Positions 10,886-23,700 of a stretch of 64,000 nt of DNA are shown piece by piece. The stretch is from Balanoglossus misakiensis (lineage: Eukaryota; Animalia; Hemichordata). The stretch is taken from the NCBI GenBank assembly GCA_040954595.2, contig CM082580.2, positions 13,008,242-13,072,241 on the forward strand, written 5' to 3'. Made by a program: the position numbers and the translations under genes. The notes under the pieces are model-generated. The model saw only the letters and a program-made list of their open reading frames with translations, was not told the DNA's origin and ran no database searches. How positions within the stretch are numbered: the first letter of the stretch is position 1; every line of letters starts with the position of its first letter.

Positions 10886-12862
10886 ATGGATGTCCACGCG
10901 AGTTGTCCGATGAATGGATTACAGCTGGGGGTGGACGCTGTCTTGGAGAAACTGGGCTGTCACTTCACCTGGCCTGAACTCTGTGACAAAGACTCCAAGA
11001 CCCTAGAGCGTGCTAGGAGCGACCTCAACAACATTGTGTCGCGGACTGAGGAATGTAATTTTTCAAGCTTGCCCAGTCGCTCTGCAGCTTTGGTTAACTT
11101 GCAGGGATTTGTAGAATACAGTTTGAAGGAGGACGAAGCCGCGGTGGGAAAATTTAAAGAAGTTCTTTGTCACGATGCGCGTAATCACAACGCATTAGCC
11201 AACTTGGCTTTTATTTACAAAGAGCAAGGCTCATTGAGGCTTCACAGAGAATATCTGGCAAAACTAAAATCATTTCACTGCAATGATGACCAACGTGTCG
11301 CCTGCCATTCCACGATTGTATCCCGCAGTCTTGCTGACCGCGGACACGCAATACGTTTCTTCGAGCAAGATACACGACAGTTTTCGTACATGGAGTACTT
11401 TCGGGAGGCTGCTGAAGTTGGCAGACGATGCTCCACACCTGCACCTGAGCGGGCCGAGTGGCTCTTTGATTATGCATTAGCACTCTATCGTCGAGACAAT
11501 CATTACATATTCGCCGAGGCCATACCGTCCTCCCTGGAGCGGAGTTTTTGCGAAGCAGCTGAGGCTTTTTACGAAGTGACCACAATTGACGCATCTGCGG
11601 TTCGTAACCGGGCGTTGTCATGGATATTTCTGGCCGTTCTGCTGAACAATGTCAAGGGTCGTTCACTTTCCCTTCCATTGCCACATCTCCCGGATGTTCA
11701 CTTTCTGACAGTCGAAGATTGTTTGCAACGGGGTCTGAAACTCTCGACAGAACCTTACATCACCCGCCGGGTTGCCGCAGAATATATCCGAATGAGACAA
11801 TACTCTCTTGCTGAGCAGCTTTTTAAGAAATCATTAGACGGCTTGAAGTCGTGGTTCGCCTATCGACATCAAGGCAGGCTATTCCTGACGATGTACGAAG
11901 ATGAAAATTATCACCACTGCCGTGACCATGGTGACAGGAATGAGTTACTCTGGAAAGCCGAAAAAAGTTTCTCGCAAGCGCTTAAAATGAAGGAAGTGCA
12001 CGCAGATTATTCCGATCTAGGCTATGTGTATTTTCTCATGGGGCAAAACTCAAAGGCCCTGCGGCATTACAAAAATGCCGTCCACAGCAAGGATGACGAT
12101 TATTTTAACCCTTATGACACGTATTACCGCTGGGCTCGTTGTCTTCGAGAAATGGGTGAAATCGAAGGAGCCGAGGAAAAAATGAAAGAAGGTCGAGAAT
12201 TGGTCAAAAAATTGAAAGAGCTGACCATCGCGGCAGGAGATGGCGATTACCATGGGGAATATTGTCAGGGAGATTGTTATAAAATATCAACCAAAGATAT
12301 ACCGGGTTACGTGAATCTGTTGAAAGAGTACAGGGTACACGATAGGACTAGCATTAGGAAAGGTCGACTCAGTTTACAGGAAAGATCTTTAAAACTTCGC
12401 GACGAACCGAAATCGGGTTCCTCGGAAATTTTCCCGTTTGATTTTCTGGTTTGTTTCAGTGAAAAAGACTCGGAATGGGCTCAGGCGTTGCTGACAAAAC
12501 TCGAAAAGGACCATGGACTGAAGGGCATTATACATTTTCGGGATTTTGTTCCAGGCGATGCCATTGTCGATAATATAGTCAGCTTCATCGAGAAAAGCCA
12601 CAAAACCATCGTCATTCTCACTCCCAATTTCGTCGCCGGCAAATGGTGCCAATACGAGTTAAAACAGGCGCATTGCGTTGCTATAGAAACGGGTCGGAAC
12701 ATTATCGTGCCAGTGATGCTGGTGACTACAGAAGTACCAAAGATGATACGGGAAGTTACGTATCTGAAATGTGTGCACGGGCAACTGTCGGCCACGGATT
12801 TCGATAAACTGGTGCAGACACTGCGGCAGAGTGACCCCGACGCCAATGGCGATAGCCTGTAG
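10886..12862 (+). CDS. IFIT/TTC22-like TPR protein with C-terminal TIR domain (gene B), 658 aa, intronless CDS
   Basis: Uninterrupted ORF with LEKLGCHFTW (IFIT signature), NALANLAFIY, EWLFDYALALYRRD and YSDLGYVYFLMG. TIR motifs FDFLVCFS, HFRDFVPG and GKWCQYEL. Colinear with gene A throughout. Confidence 0.88.
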   Translation: MDVHASCPMNGLQLGVDAVLEKLGCHFTWPELCDKDSKTLERARSDLNNIVSRTEECNFSSLPSRSAALVNLQGFVEYSLKEDEAAVGKFKEVLCHDARNHNALANLAFIYKEQGSLRLHREYLAKLKSFHCNDDQRVACHSTIVSRSLADRGHAIRFFEQDTRQFSYMEYFREAAEVGRRCSTPAPERAEWLFDYALALYRRDNHYIFAEAIPSSLERSFCEAAEAFYEVTTIDASAVRNRALSWIFLAVLLNNVKGRSLSLPLPHLPDVHFLTVEDCLQRGLKLSTEPYITRRVAAEYIRMRQYSLAEQLFKKSLDGLKSWFAYRHQGRLFLTMYEDENYHHCRDHGDRNELLWKAEKSFSQALKMKEVHADYSDLGYVYFLMGQNSKALRHYKNAVHSKDDDYFNPYDTYYRWARCLREMGEIEGAEEKMKEGRELVKKLKELTIAAGDGDYHGEYCQGDCYKISTKDIPGYVNLLKEYRVHDRTSIRKGRLSLQERSLKLRDEPKSGSSEIFPFDFLVCFSEKDSEWAQALLTKLEKDHGLKGIIHFRDFVPGDAIVDNIVSFIEKSHKTIVILTPNFVAGKWCQYELKQAHCVAIETGRNIIVPVMLVTTEVPKMIREVTYLKCVHGQLSATDFDKLVQTLRQSDPDANGDSL

Positions 12863-14697
12863 AACTATTTATTGTATCGGGCACCTTATGTTTCATTGAC
12901 ACGGTTATGGTCCCATCTATTACATGTAAATCCAGACAATTTCCGCTCAGTGGCCTTTTCTTGGAATCTATTCAGAAACTGACGACCAATTTGTGCTTCG
13001 GGCTATGACTTAACACCAAACAACCTGGAATTAACCTTCTTAAATTAAGCATTATATTTGCAATAAGTTGCTTGATACTCCCATAGGAGACACATCTGCA
13101 ATTTTTGGATATTTTTTAAGTTTTGTTTCAAATGACAAGGGCAAGTGGAAAACCTGTGGACTTGGTGTCTTCCTACTGCCTTTCAGGTTTATAATTCTTA
13201 GATAGAAATATTCAGTGATATGTCAATTGTCAAGAGAATATTCAAATATATGTACTGACATCTCTTAACCACGAGTCTGTCTTGAAATTATTTAGTGAAT
13301 GCTCGATGCTGTAGTTTCAATTTCATCTCCTGTACACAGAAGATGGTGGAGATTAACAAGAATAGTACTTGCAGCCTTTCATAATCACATACACCTTATC
13401 ACATCAACTGTGCTAACACAAGCCAATAATTCCTGATATTTTGGGAGTGTCTGCAATGGAGTCCGTGATATACAACCCTCTGCAAATGGAATAAAAAGTC
13501 AGCCATTTCAGGCCACTTGGTAGTAACGAGGAGATTTATTGATAAATTGGCCGATCGAGGGACAAAAGTGTAGACTGTAAAATCATACAGCTCCAACCCA
13601 GGAACCAAAATACCACAAAAGTGAAAATTTTCGACTTCTCTACATTTGCAAACTTTACCAGCGACATATTTGATAGTTTTACTTGTCAGACTGAAAAACT
13701 GACAAGCTAAATGAGTGAAACGATGGTTGGTGATGATCTTGTGTCCAATAACCTGACAAAAATAAATAGATTATCTGTATAGCTAACTTACATAGTGCCA
13801 CTCAAAATTTTCTAGTAACTTGACAAAAAACAAATGTTGTACACTGAACATTTCAGTCAAATGCGTCAACATCAGGACAAGTTGGCTAATATCCAATGGT
13901 GTTCATTCTAACATTTTGACACTATTAAGTGCAAATAACATTTTTCAAATAACATGTTCAGAATGATTGGTTTTATTTTAGTTTTTTTCCCCTAATCTAA
14001 GTCACTTGAGCATAACATCACCAAAATCACATCAAAGTTTTAGAAAGAATATTTTTTAAAAAGATATAGAAGTGACAATAATTACAGACATAAGAACAGA
14101 AACATTTAGAAACTACTTGTGGATGTACATACAGTCTGACAATTATCTCATTTGACTAAAATCTTACTGTGCCAAGAGACACCATTGCACTTTAAAGAAT
14201 TCATTTAAACAAGTTGGAACATTATCTACATTGACCTTAATCCATCCCTACGCTTTATTGTCCCCAGAAACTGGAATGTGAAAATCATTCAGATTTCATT
14301 ATTGAATGCAGAGTTATTGACACTGAGGAGATGCCTTGAGGCTGATTTGAGATATTGATGTCCAGGAAAAGTAGAGTTGATAACACTGGGAAATAGCCTG
14401 CCAATAATTCCGTTGCTGTGACAATTACTCTACACATTCCCGGTTTGGTATGGTTAAGTAAACCAAATAAAAATTCTGCCAACAATATTTAATAAAGGTA
14501 CAGAACAATTTTTTTCTATGTAATTATTAAATACTTTCATCATTGTTTTCTGATGTATAAATTGACCCCCACACAAGAGTGTGTCGTTTCCCTAAGCATT
14601 CATGCAGAATCGACACAACCAGAAAAGTTCTGGAAGATTACTTGACACACAAATCCAGGAAACAAGTCAGTTTTTTTTTTTTCCTTGTTGAAGTTTC

Positions 14698-14792
14698 TTA
14701 ATGGGGCATAGTTTCGGGCAGGATATATGATATGTCATCCCATGGGTGACGGTAGAGACCTTGTTTCAAGCGCTTCTGATCCAGGAAATGAC
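14698..14792 (-). CDS. ACLY: ACLY distal alternative last exon
   Basis: tttcttag|(G)[30 protein letters not shown], in phase with the donor at 17607. Confidence 0.88.
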
Positions 14793-17700
14793 CTAAGAAA
14801 GAGAAAAGTCACAAGATGATTTAAGGCTCTGGATATCAGACTTCCAGCATTCTAGCTGGAGAATGCCACTGGGTGAAACTTGTGTGACTATCTCCTGATT
14901 CAGCTCACATCAGTAGTGATTGTAGCTAATACTGCAAATTTCAATGCAATTATTTCTAACTGGCTGAGGTTACACATTCAATCAGCATGATGTTTTTCAT
15001 CACACACAACATTCATCACATTAAAATGTCACCACTGGCATCTTCATAACCACTCGACGAACTTCCTCATTGCTTGGATATTTCCCAAAGTTTAATACAA
15101 AATGAAAACACTAGTATCTACACTGCCCAGATAAACATCCTGTTTCAGAGTGTGATGCTCATGCATGCAGAAGTCAAAGCTGAAGATAATTATGTAATAA
15201 TTATACATTTTTAGATGCAAATTATTAATATTTAACTATTTACAGAGAAAGAAGGAAATCCTTCAAAAATCACATGATTTTAAGGTAGATTGTGATGTTT
15301 TGCATGGGGTTTTTCATTTAAAATTCCACAAAGTTATTTTTTAAATCCACACTATTCTTCATAAAAAGAGCTTTCCATTAATTTTTTGGGGTGGGCCAGT
15401 ATTAATGATTTTGCTAAATTTATTCCAAGAAATGTGTCATGAAAACCTCAAGAGTACCGGGTAATGATTTTCCACTTAATACAGGTGTGCGGAAATGAGA
15501 ATTTCTCACACAGGTAACTATCAGTCATGGATCTAACAGAGTATACTGATAAAAGTTTGAAATGCCCACGCAAATGTCAATACTCAATTACTGAGAAAAT
15601 AGTCCTTCCCTTTCAGGTTGGACCAATCTACACTTGGTTATCGTTAGGCTATGATAAACAAACCTGTGTTACGTGCTTGTCTAGAGAGGCACTCCAAGAA
15701 AACATGACACACACTTTTCAGATACACTTAAGAAGTTTGAACTGGCATATGCTATTTGTCTCTCATCTACCTGATGTTAGTTTGAGGTCACATTGCCTGG
15801 TGGAGTTGTGAGATAGAGTCTACATTGTTTGTACATTAAAACTTGGTCAATATTCAACCTAAACTAACCTGATCTGACCTAATTTTCAACATGAAGTACA
15901 GTAAGTGTACTACTGGACAATCTATCAGTTTGAATGGAAAGGTATCTGAAACTATTTTGCCCTGTGTCAGTTTAATCTCTTGTGTTTCATGTCATGTTTG
16001 TCAGAAATGAGCGATTGTTGAACAGGCTGCAATCAAGCGGTTGATTGTACAAGCATGTACGTGTATGTATCCACCTCAAACACTAAACTTGAGTGAAACA
16101 GATTTCACTCAAAAATCATATACAACTACTGTACATTTTAAAGAGCCCTGGTAAACAATCTGATATTAGTGACACAGAAATGTTACCGGGCAGTTAGATA
16201 CCAGTTCGTGTATTGCACGTACAATATACACAGTGGTACATGAACTGACATGACATATACACAAACCTTGTATTGATATGGCCACAGCATCTCATAAACA
16301 CATTATCATATCATCATACTCCGTTTATTTTTTATCAGAAGTGATACCCAGTTACCGATTTAAATAAATTTACGAGGAAACATTCCCCAACCAACATACA
16401 AATGATACCCAATATGTGCCATTATCCCATTGCATTCCCAACCAGAATTTTTTTAAAACTTGGGAACAAGAATATCGGGTAAGGATTTGGGGGGGGGGGG
16501 GATGACTGGTCTGTACCCATACAAGTTTTGAAACATGTTTACATTAATTTGACAACACCCATATTTTCTATATACATCTAGGCTTTATAAGTAAATTACA
16601 CATTTGGGTCTTATTTTTATCATAATTTCAACTTGTACCAGATGTTTTACGTACAGCCATATCAGTGATTTAGTATTTCTACCTTTGAACTTTGAACCAC
16701 AAACTTTAAAAGTAGACTGCACAGAAAATTAGTTAATGTACATCACATTACAGTGACACGATAGATTGATTGATTATGTCATAAAACAGTTCAAAACTCG
16801 CACAGGTACAGACTGATAATGATGCTGGGAAGGGCAAGGCACAGGAGATTAATATATCTCAATTTTTTTATTGGGCAAGACTAACAACAAAAACCATACA
16901 CATGCCACATGCCACATGCATTCGACTCCTTCCCAATACAACCAGGTGATTCAGCTATGGTATGTGCAAACATGTTGAGTGGGGTGACACAAGAAGAGAA
17001 AAAGAAGAGATAATACAATAGAAGGAAGAGACAGGATTAAAGTGTTAGATTTAAAAGTGTTTCAAGCGTTCAGGCATGACGTATGCAATGTCGTCCCAAG
17101 GATGCCGATACAGGGACTGCTTCATGCGTTTCTGATCCAAATAATGACCTGCATGTCAAATTGAAAGATGATATTAAACTAAGAGGTAATATGCTAGTTG
17201 ATGAATGAATGCATCTGTATAGGAGGAAGGTAGACTCAAATGTGATAGACCATTAGTACATGTAATCACAAAAATTTGGATGTCGGTTAATGCAAGATGA
17301 CAGGACAGGTGGTCATTCTGTCTGTTAACACCAGCTACACCAGCCACCTTAAACTCAATCCGTTGCAATGTTAGATCAGACACATCAGACACCATTGCAA
17401 TTGATCCATCACGTCATGCAGCAAATACAATTTAGTCTCATGCAACACAAACAACATGCTGTGTAACAGTCACGAATAACACTGACGCGTGTACTGGCTG
17501 GGCAAAATAGGGCAGCAAGTATTTGGCAAAACACCAACAACCAATAGGCTGTAACAAGGCGATTTTTTGTATATTTATTGAATGGGCAAGTTGATCAGAT
17601 GACTCACCAATAAATCCCATACTGCGACCTAAGACGAACAAACCATTCAAGGCGCCGGTCTCTATGTACTCATTCGCTTCCTCTCTGCAAAAGGCAAATT

Positions 17701-20700
17701 AAAGAACCTTTAAAAGTGTACAGTCACCTCCAATTTACATACGTCCATATGTATATGGCTGATATTTGAAACAATGTTACAGGTTAAAAAGCATTCTCAA
17801 CTATAGAGGGCAGCCTTCATAGTTCATGAAAAGATTGTTGCCATGTGAACAGGGAGACATAGTCACTACTCACGTTGTGAAGCAGCCACAGTTCCGAAGC
17901 AAATCAACAAATGCAACACCGATGAAGCCATCCACATTCAAGATAAGATTGGGTTTCTGCAAATCATCAAACGACATAAATGTTGAAGAATTGACTGTAG
18001 ATAGAACAGATTCTTTGAGACTTACAGAAGTGGCATTGTGAGAATGTGACATTGAAATACATTAACCCTCACCTTGGCAGTTGTGACCTTCTCGACTTCC
18101 AATGCATAGTTCAGCAGAGGGGTTGCTGGAAAGTTGGCCTGAGCATATTCTTTTAAGATCACCACTCGCATGTCAGGATTGTTGATCTGATAAGGAATGA
18201 ACGCATCGGAGTAAATATTGGCAAAAACCTTCAAACCTGACATTCTCAAAATGATAATAGGATATCTTGACCAATCACGGTCTATCATAGATTGATATCT
18301 GGCTAATCACAATAATTGGATAGAACAATGAGAGTTAGATAAAACATCTACATTATAATGACAGTATATGACTGAAAACTGTGATGGAACAGAAAGATGT
18401 ACTTACTGACTTGACCCTGTGGCCAATTCCCATAATAAGTTTATGTTCTTTCCTCATTTTGTTGACAAATTCCATGGGAATTATACCTGCATCGTAGGCT
18501 TCACTGAACTGCTTAGCTGCTGCGTCAAGCGCACCACCAAAACGATCACCCTGAAAATTTCATTAGAAACTTTTATAACAAGGAAGTAACAGACACAAGT
18601 AAAAGAATGCTATTTCAGAAATCGAGTACTCATAGTCTCTCTAAAAGCATAGGTACTTGACTTACAATGGTGAGTAATCCTGAACAGAGTGATGAGATGA
18701 GATCCTTGCCAGCTCTTGCAGTGACTATGGTGTTGTGGGCACCAGATACTGCAGGTCCGTGATCTGCTGTCACCATCAGACACATTTCAATAAACTTGGC
18801 AGCGTATGGTGGCAATCTGTATAAACATACAGGGGAAAGAGCTTGTGTAAGATGGATGTATTTCTTTGCAAGCAGTGAATCACAATATTAATTTTGGTAA
18901 GGTTATTAACGAGAGCCTACTGATCAGTACTACAGTAATGCTCTTTCAATTTGGCATGAACCATATGTTGTTGCTTACCTTCGCTGAAACCAGAGCAGAC
19001 TGAGGACACCACCAATGCCTATCTCCTCCTGGAAGACCGACGTGATTGGCATACCAGCATAGATCAGTTCCTGGCCTCTCTCATCGCATATACTGGTCAT
19101 GAAGGATGCTGGCTTACGGATCAACCCCAGTTCCTGTATTTGAAAATTGAAGAGATTGAGGATTGGAAGAAAGTCCACAAGATTCTGTGGGCCACTGTGT
19201 GGTTATGTAATTACCAGTGGGTGCAACTGGGCTCAATCCATGGGTACAAATAGTTATACTTACCCTAGCCCATGCAAAGTCCATCGGTACTGTTGGGGGT
19301 GGTAATTCTGGCTCTGGAACAATAATTCCTTTGCTGACGAGCATCTCATATACTTCACTGTTGAAAACAGAGAAAATTCCAGATTAAAGCAAGGAAATTG
19401 TAAAAAATTTAAAAAGTCTCAGATTTCAAAACTGGCCATTGATGCAACTTGCAAGTTCAACCTTACATTTCCACTTACTGAATTTTGTCTCCTATATCAT
19501 CAAAACTTCCTGGCACATATGCACCAGCTGTAGATAATGCAGTATTCTTTGCGGCTGCAGTTTCCTTCTCGCCATGGGCACATGCTCCGGCGTGACCAAA
19601 CTGGACCTAGAAAAATGCATAGAAACATATTTCTCACCAGAGGACATTGGTACAATGATGTTCCTCTTGCTGTAACCTTTCCACCCAAAGTTCCCTCTAT
19701 ACAAGTCCAATAGAAAACCATGCAAATAGTTACAAAATGGGGCCAATCACAGAGATGATTGTATGATGTGCAAATTGTGCATCACAAGACCCAAATACCT
19801 AAAATCAACAGACATACCTCAGATGTAAACATTGTAGCACAGGTACCAATGCACCATGCTACCACAGGTTTAGTGATTCTGCCATTTTCAATCTGGGAAC
19901 AGATCTCATACTCCTCCACACCACCAACCTAGGAATGAGAATAATAGGTGTCTGAGTAAAAAATAAAAATTCCAAATGAAGAACTATCTTCAGACAAACG
20001 AAGGATTTGAATAACGAAAACTTTACTCATAGGAAATTGTTAACATTGCATTGAACAGACCATAGACACTGACCTCTCCAAGTAACACAATCATCTTAAC
20101 ATTGGGATCATCCTGATAGCGCATCACATGATCAATGAAAGTTGTCCCGGGATATCTGTCCCCTCCAATAGCGATGCCTTCATAGACACCGTTTGTGTTC
20201 CTGGAAACGATATTGTTTAACTCGTTGGACATTCCACCAGACCTGGACACGTAGGCCACACTGCCGGGTCGATACAGCTTGGACGCGAGGATATTGTCTA
20301 ACATACCACCTGTGTTGCCAATCTTGAAACATCCTGGTTTGATGCCACCCACCTGGGAGAATAGGAATCAACTGATTCAGTCTCTGCTCTCACACAACAA
20401 AGGCTATAATCTAATGGCCCACAAAAGCATGTCTATCTGCATTCACAGGAAATGAAATTATATTCAATGCTTACTGTGGCTGGTCCTATAATGGTGACAT
20501 TCTTCTCTGTGGCAATCTTGTTCATAAGTCTAGTTTTGTTTTCTGGTATACCTTCGGCGATAATGGAAATGGAACGGATCTGAAATGAGAATTACAATGA
20601 GGATATTGTGAATAACAGGATGTAGTTCCTTCACGTTAATTTTAAAAGTTGAGAGCACGTGTGACTACATGTATAACTTCATCTGCAACTCCAGAGGGCT

Positions 20701-23700
20701 TCTCAAGAGAACAAAAGAAATCTAATTGACACCAGTGAGGGCAGGATTATTGCAAGGGTTTTTCTTCTCACCTGTGGGAACTCCATAGCTTCTATGGTAC
20801 TGTCATAGGCCGATCTAAGCGAGGCAAAGTTGACCATGGTTTCCACGTTTGGGTGGATCTTCATTGCTTTCTCCATGCTCTTGTACAAGGGGATCAAGAT
20901 CTCTTTGTGACCCCAGTAGAATTTCTGCTTGTGATCCCCACTGTCATGAAACAAAAGGATTGGCGTTATTTGATTGCCTCGTGCACAACACATGCCTTTT
21001 CGTTCCTGTTTTCTTCCTAAAACAATCCCCATTCTTTGTTTTCAATGTTTGGTATTGCATTTCTTTTGGTTTCCAGCTTCTGCTACAGATGTCGATTAGG
21101 AAATTTAAAGAAAAAACATATCTTTTTCGGAAGAATGTGTTCATCTTACCTGAATGGATAGACCATACATTCAACAGATGGCGATGACCTTTGACACACA
21201 TAGTCAAAATCTAACATTCCCTGCACAGCCCTGGGTTGCATGCCCCAGATCATTGCCTGTTGGGGAAGTTTATAAAGACACTCTCAGTACAACTGGTGAC
21301 AGATAATGTCAGCTTGCAATTTCAAATGAAATCATAACACAATCATTTTCTACACCGTACCATCCCTTCATGATGGCGGTCCCATATCTAAAGGAACATT
21401 CTAATCTTTGATGGAGAGACACATATCTCATCAGTACATGTTATTTAAATCAATGCTAAAAACACATTGGTTGGCAAAGGACAGCACTTTCAGTCACTGC
21501 AAAAAAAATTATATGTTTTTACCTTTGTTCTTCTGGTGAACAGTGGCGATGGATTATTCTCTGTGATGACCGGAATGCTGGTAGCGCCCTCTGTTGACGA
21601 CTTGGCATCACCTGCTTCTTCTATTTTAGACGACGCTCGGCTGCGTTGTGGTGTTGATGCTGACTGTGACAGTAAACAATGGCAAGAAACAAGAAAAATT
21701 ATTTAATAGAACAACAGGTTTTACTCATTCTTACTTTGTGACATAAAATTCAACACCAAGTCTCTCGGAACATCACACTTGACATCCTGTGGAAGGAATT
21801 TTCAAAGTTTTGTCGATATACACATTGGAGAATCAGCAGAACTGACCATTTTACCAGCAATTCACAACAAGATTTCTTGAGGGGAAATCATGTAACGTTA
21901 TTCCTGTGTACAGATGGACCGTGGGATTTACTCTTACCTTGTTAACATTTATTTTACTAGACGGCTGCGTAAAATAGGTACAGAAATCGAGGTATTGTCA
22001 CTTCAATTCATTTTTGGAATTTGGTCACAAGATAGACACAATCAAAATGACCATTACTGTACCTCATCATGAATAATGTACCATGCATTGTTCCATTCAT
22101 TTTATACGATATGACATGAAAATCTAAACCAGATGCAAGACATGCCAACATATGAGAATTTCAATGATCTCCAATAAACCATTACAACAACGCAACCCGA
22201 ACACTGACTGACTAGAGTATGAAGTGCCTCATAAATGGTCTAAAGCATTGTGGAGTTGATGCAATTTGGCAATCAAAACCCCAACCGGCCACAGAATGAA
22301 TCTGTCCCAGAATCTGTCCCACAATAAGGCAACAGGGGTATACAGGATTTATCACAAAGGAGTTACCAGACCAGGACAGGCTACATACACATGCAATGAT
22401 TCTATCCATGGTAGAAACAAAATAAATAAAATGTAAAGGAAAGATTTACACGACTTTTGCCTTATTTTTCTTTATTAATCAAACTTGTAACGTCATATTA
22501 ATATAAAAAAAATTCATGATCAACAACAATTATGATTGCATGCACACGTTGTAATCCCCATCAGCTGAAATACTACCAGTACTCATCCTTCTCAGCAACC
22601 ACAATCAATGTAACATTAGCAAAAGAAAATGCTGGTTCATAATAATATCACTACTCACAGCACTTGGTCCTCCAAGCAGGAAATTAGCAGTGGTCTGTTC
22701 GGCAGGTGCAAGTTCTGGCACATCTTTCTTTCCCAGAGCCATACCGCAAATAGAAGTCATGTGGGTTTCGGTGCCAAACACGTGCATCTCAACACCTAAG
22801 CTCTGACCTGAAAGAAGATAATACATAACCATACAATGAGCATGCTTATCTTTTTTTCATAGAAGACTTCATCGATCACTACCCCTCACCCTCACTGAAA
22901 ACAACGGATTTAGACCAAACCATGGTGGTCAAAGGGCAGAGTTCTTCCAATTACAACTAAACTCACCTAACTCTCTCATGACTCGGAGCCCCTCCTGATA
23001 GTTGGGTCCTCCTCTACGCACATAAATGGATGCATTCACATCAATTAACTTCTGTTTGTATTCCTTTAGTGCTCTGACCATACCCTGCAGGGATCACAAA
23101 CATCATTATCAGAGCAGAGCAGAGCAATATTCACCGAGAGTTTCTCATAAAAAGGTTAATTACAACTAGAAATCAAAACAACCAGGATATTGAAATGCCC
23201 ACTTTATGATAATTACCTTGAATGTAGCAGCTACATTGGTAAAGTTAGCAATTCCTCCGCCAATGATCAGAACCTTCGATCCCGATGTGTGTTTCTCTCT
23301 GGTCATCAGTCCAAGGATGGTCTTGGCATAGTCATAGGTTTGCTGTTCACTTGGTGCTCCTGAATATTCACCATAATTTGCCAGTTCATCTGCACCACCA
23401 AGATCACAAATAGTGTCACTGCAAGATAGATAAATTACAGTTACTTTGTATAAAAATATACTAGGGTGTAGTATTTGAGTGAAAGATATTTATATTGGAA
23501 TAATGGTTACTTCTATTTGACTGACCTGTAGATGACTGATGCACCACCACCAGCAACCATGGTCCATATTCGACCCTTGGGATTCAAAATTGTCAGTTTC
23601 AAAGATGCTCCACTCTTGGCATCCAGATCAGCAATGTATGCTTCCTACAATGCAAAATTTGAAGAAAAGTTCAACACCTCATTTGAATTGAAATCTCCCA

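Noticed and set aside
7777-12846. Antisense and alternate-frame ORFs overlapping the TPR-TIR genes
   Set aside because: Shadows of the real CDSs with no domain features.
7642-12862. Bacterial contamination or prokaryotic TIR-TPR defence genes
   Set aside because: The TIRs are TLR-type (RDFxxG, WCxYE), the N-terminus is IFIT-like, a poly(A) signal is present, and the flanks are continuous with animal genes.
14698-14792. Second ACLY gene or processed pseudogene
   Set aside because: Only the last exon is duplicated, with an intact acceptor and frame, and no other ACLY exon copies were seen in 14793-17050.
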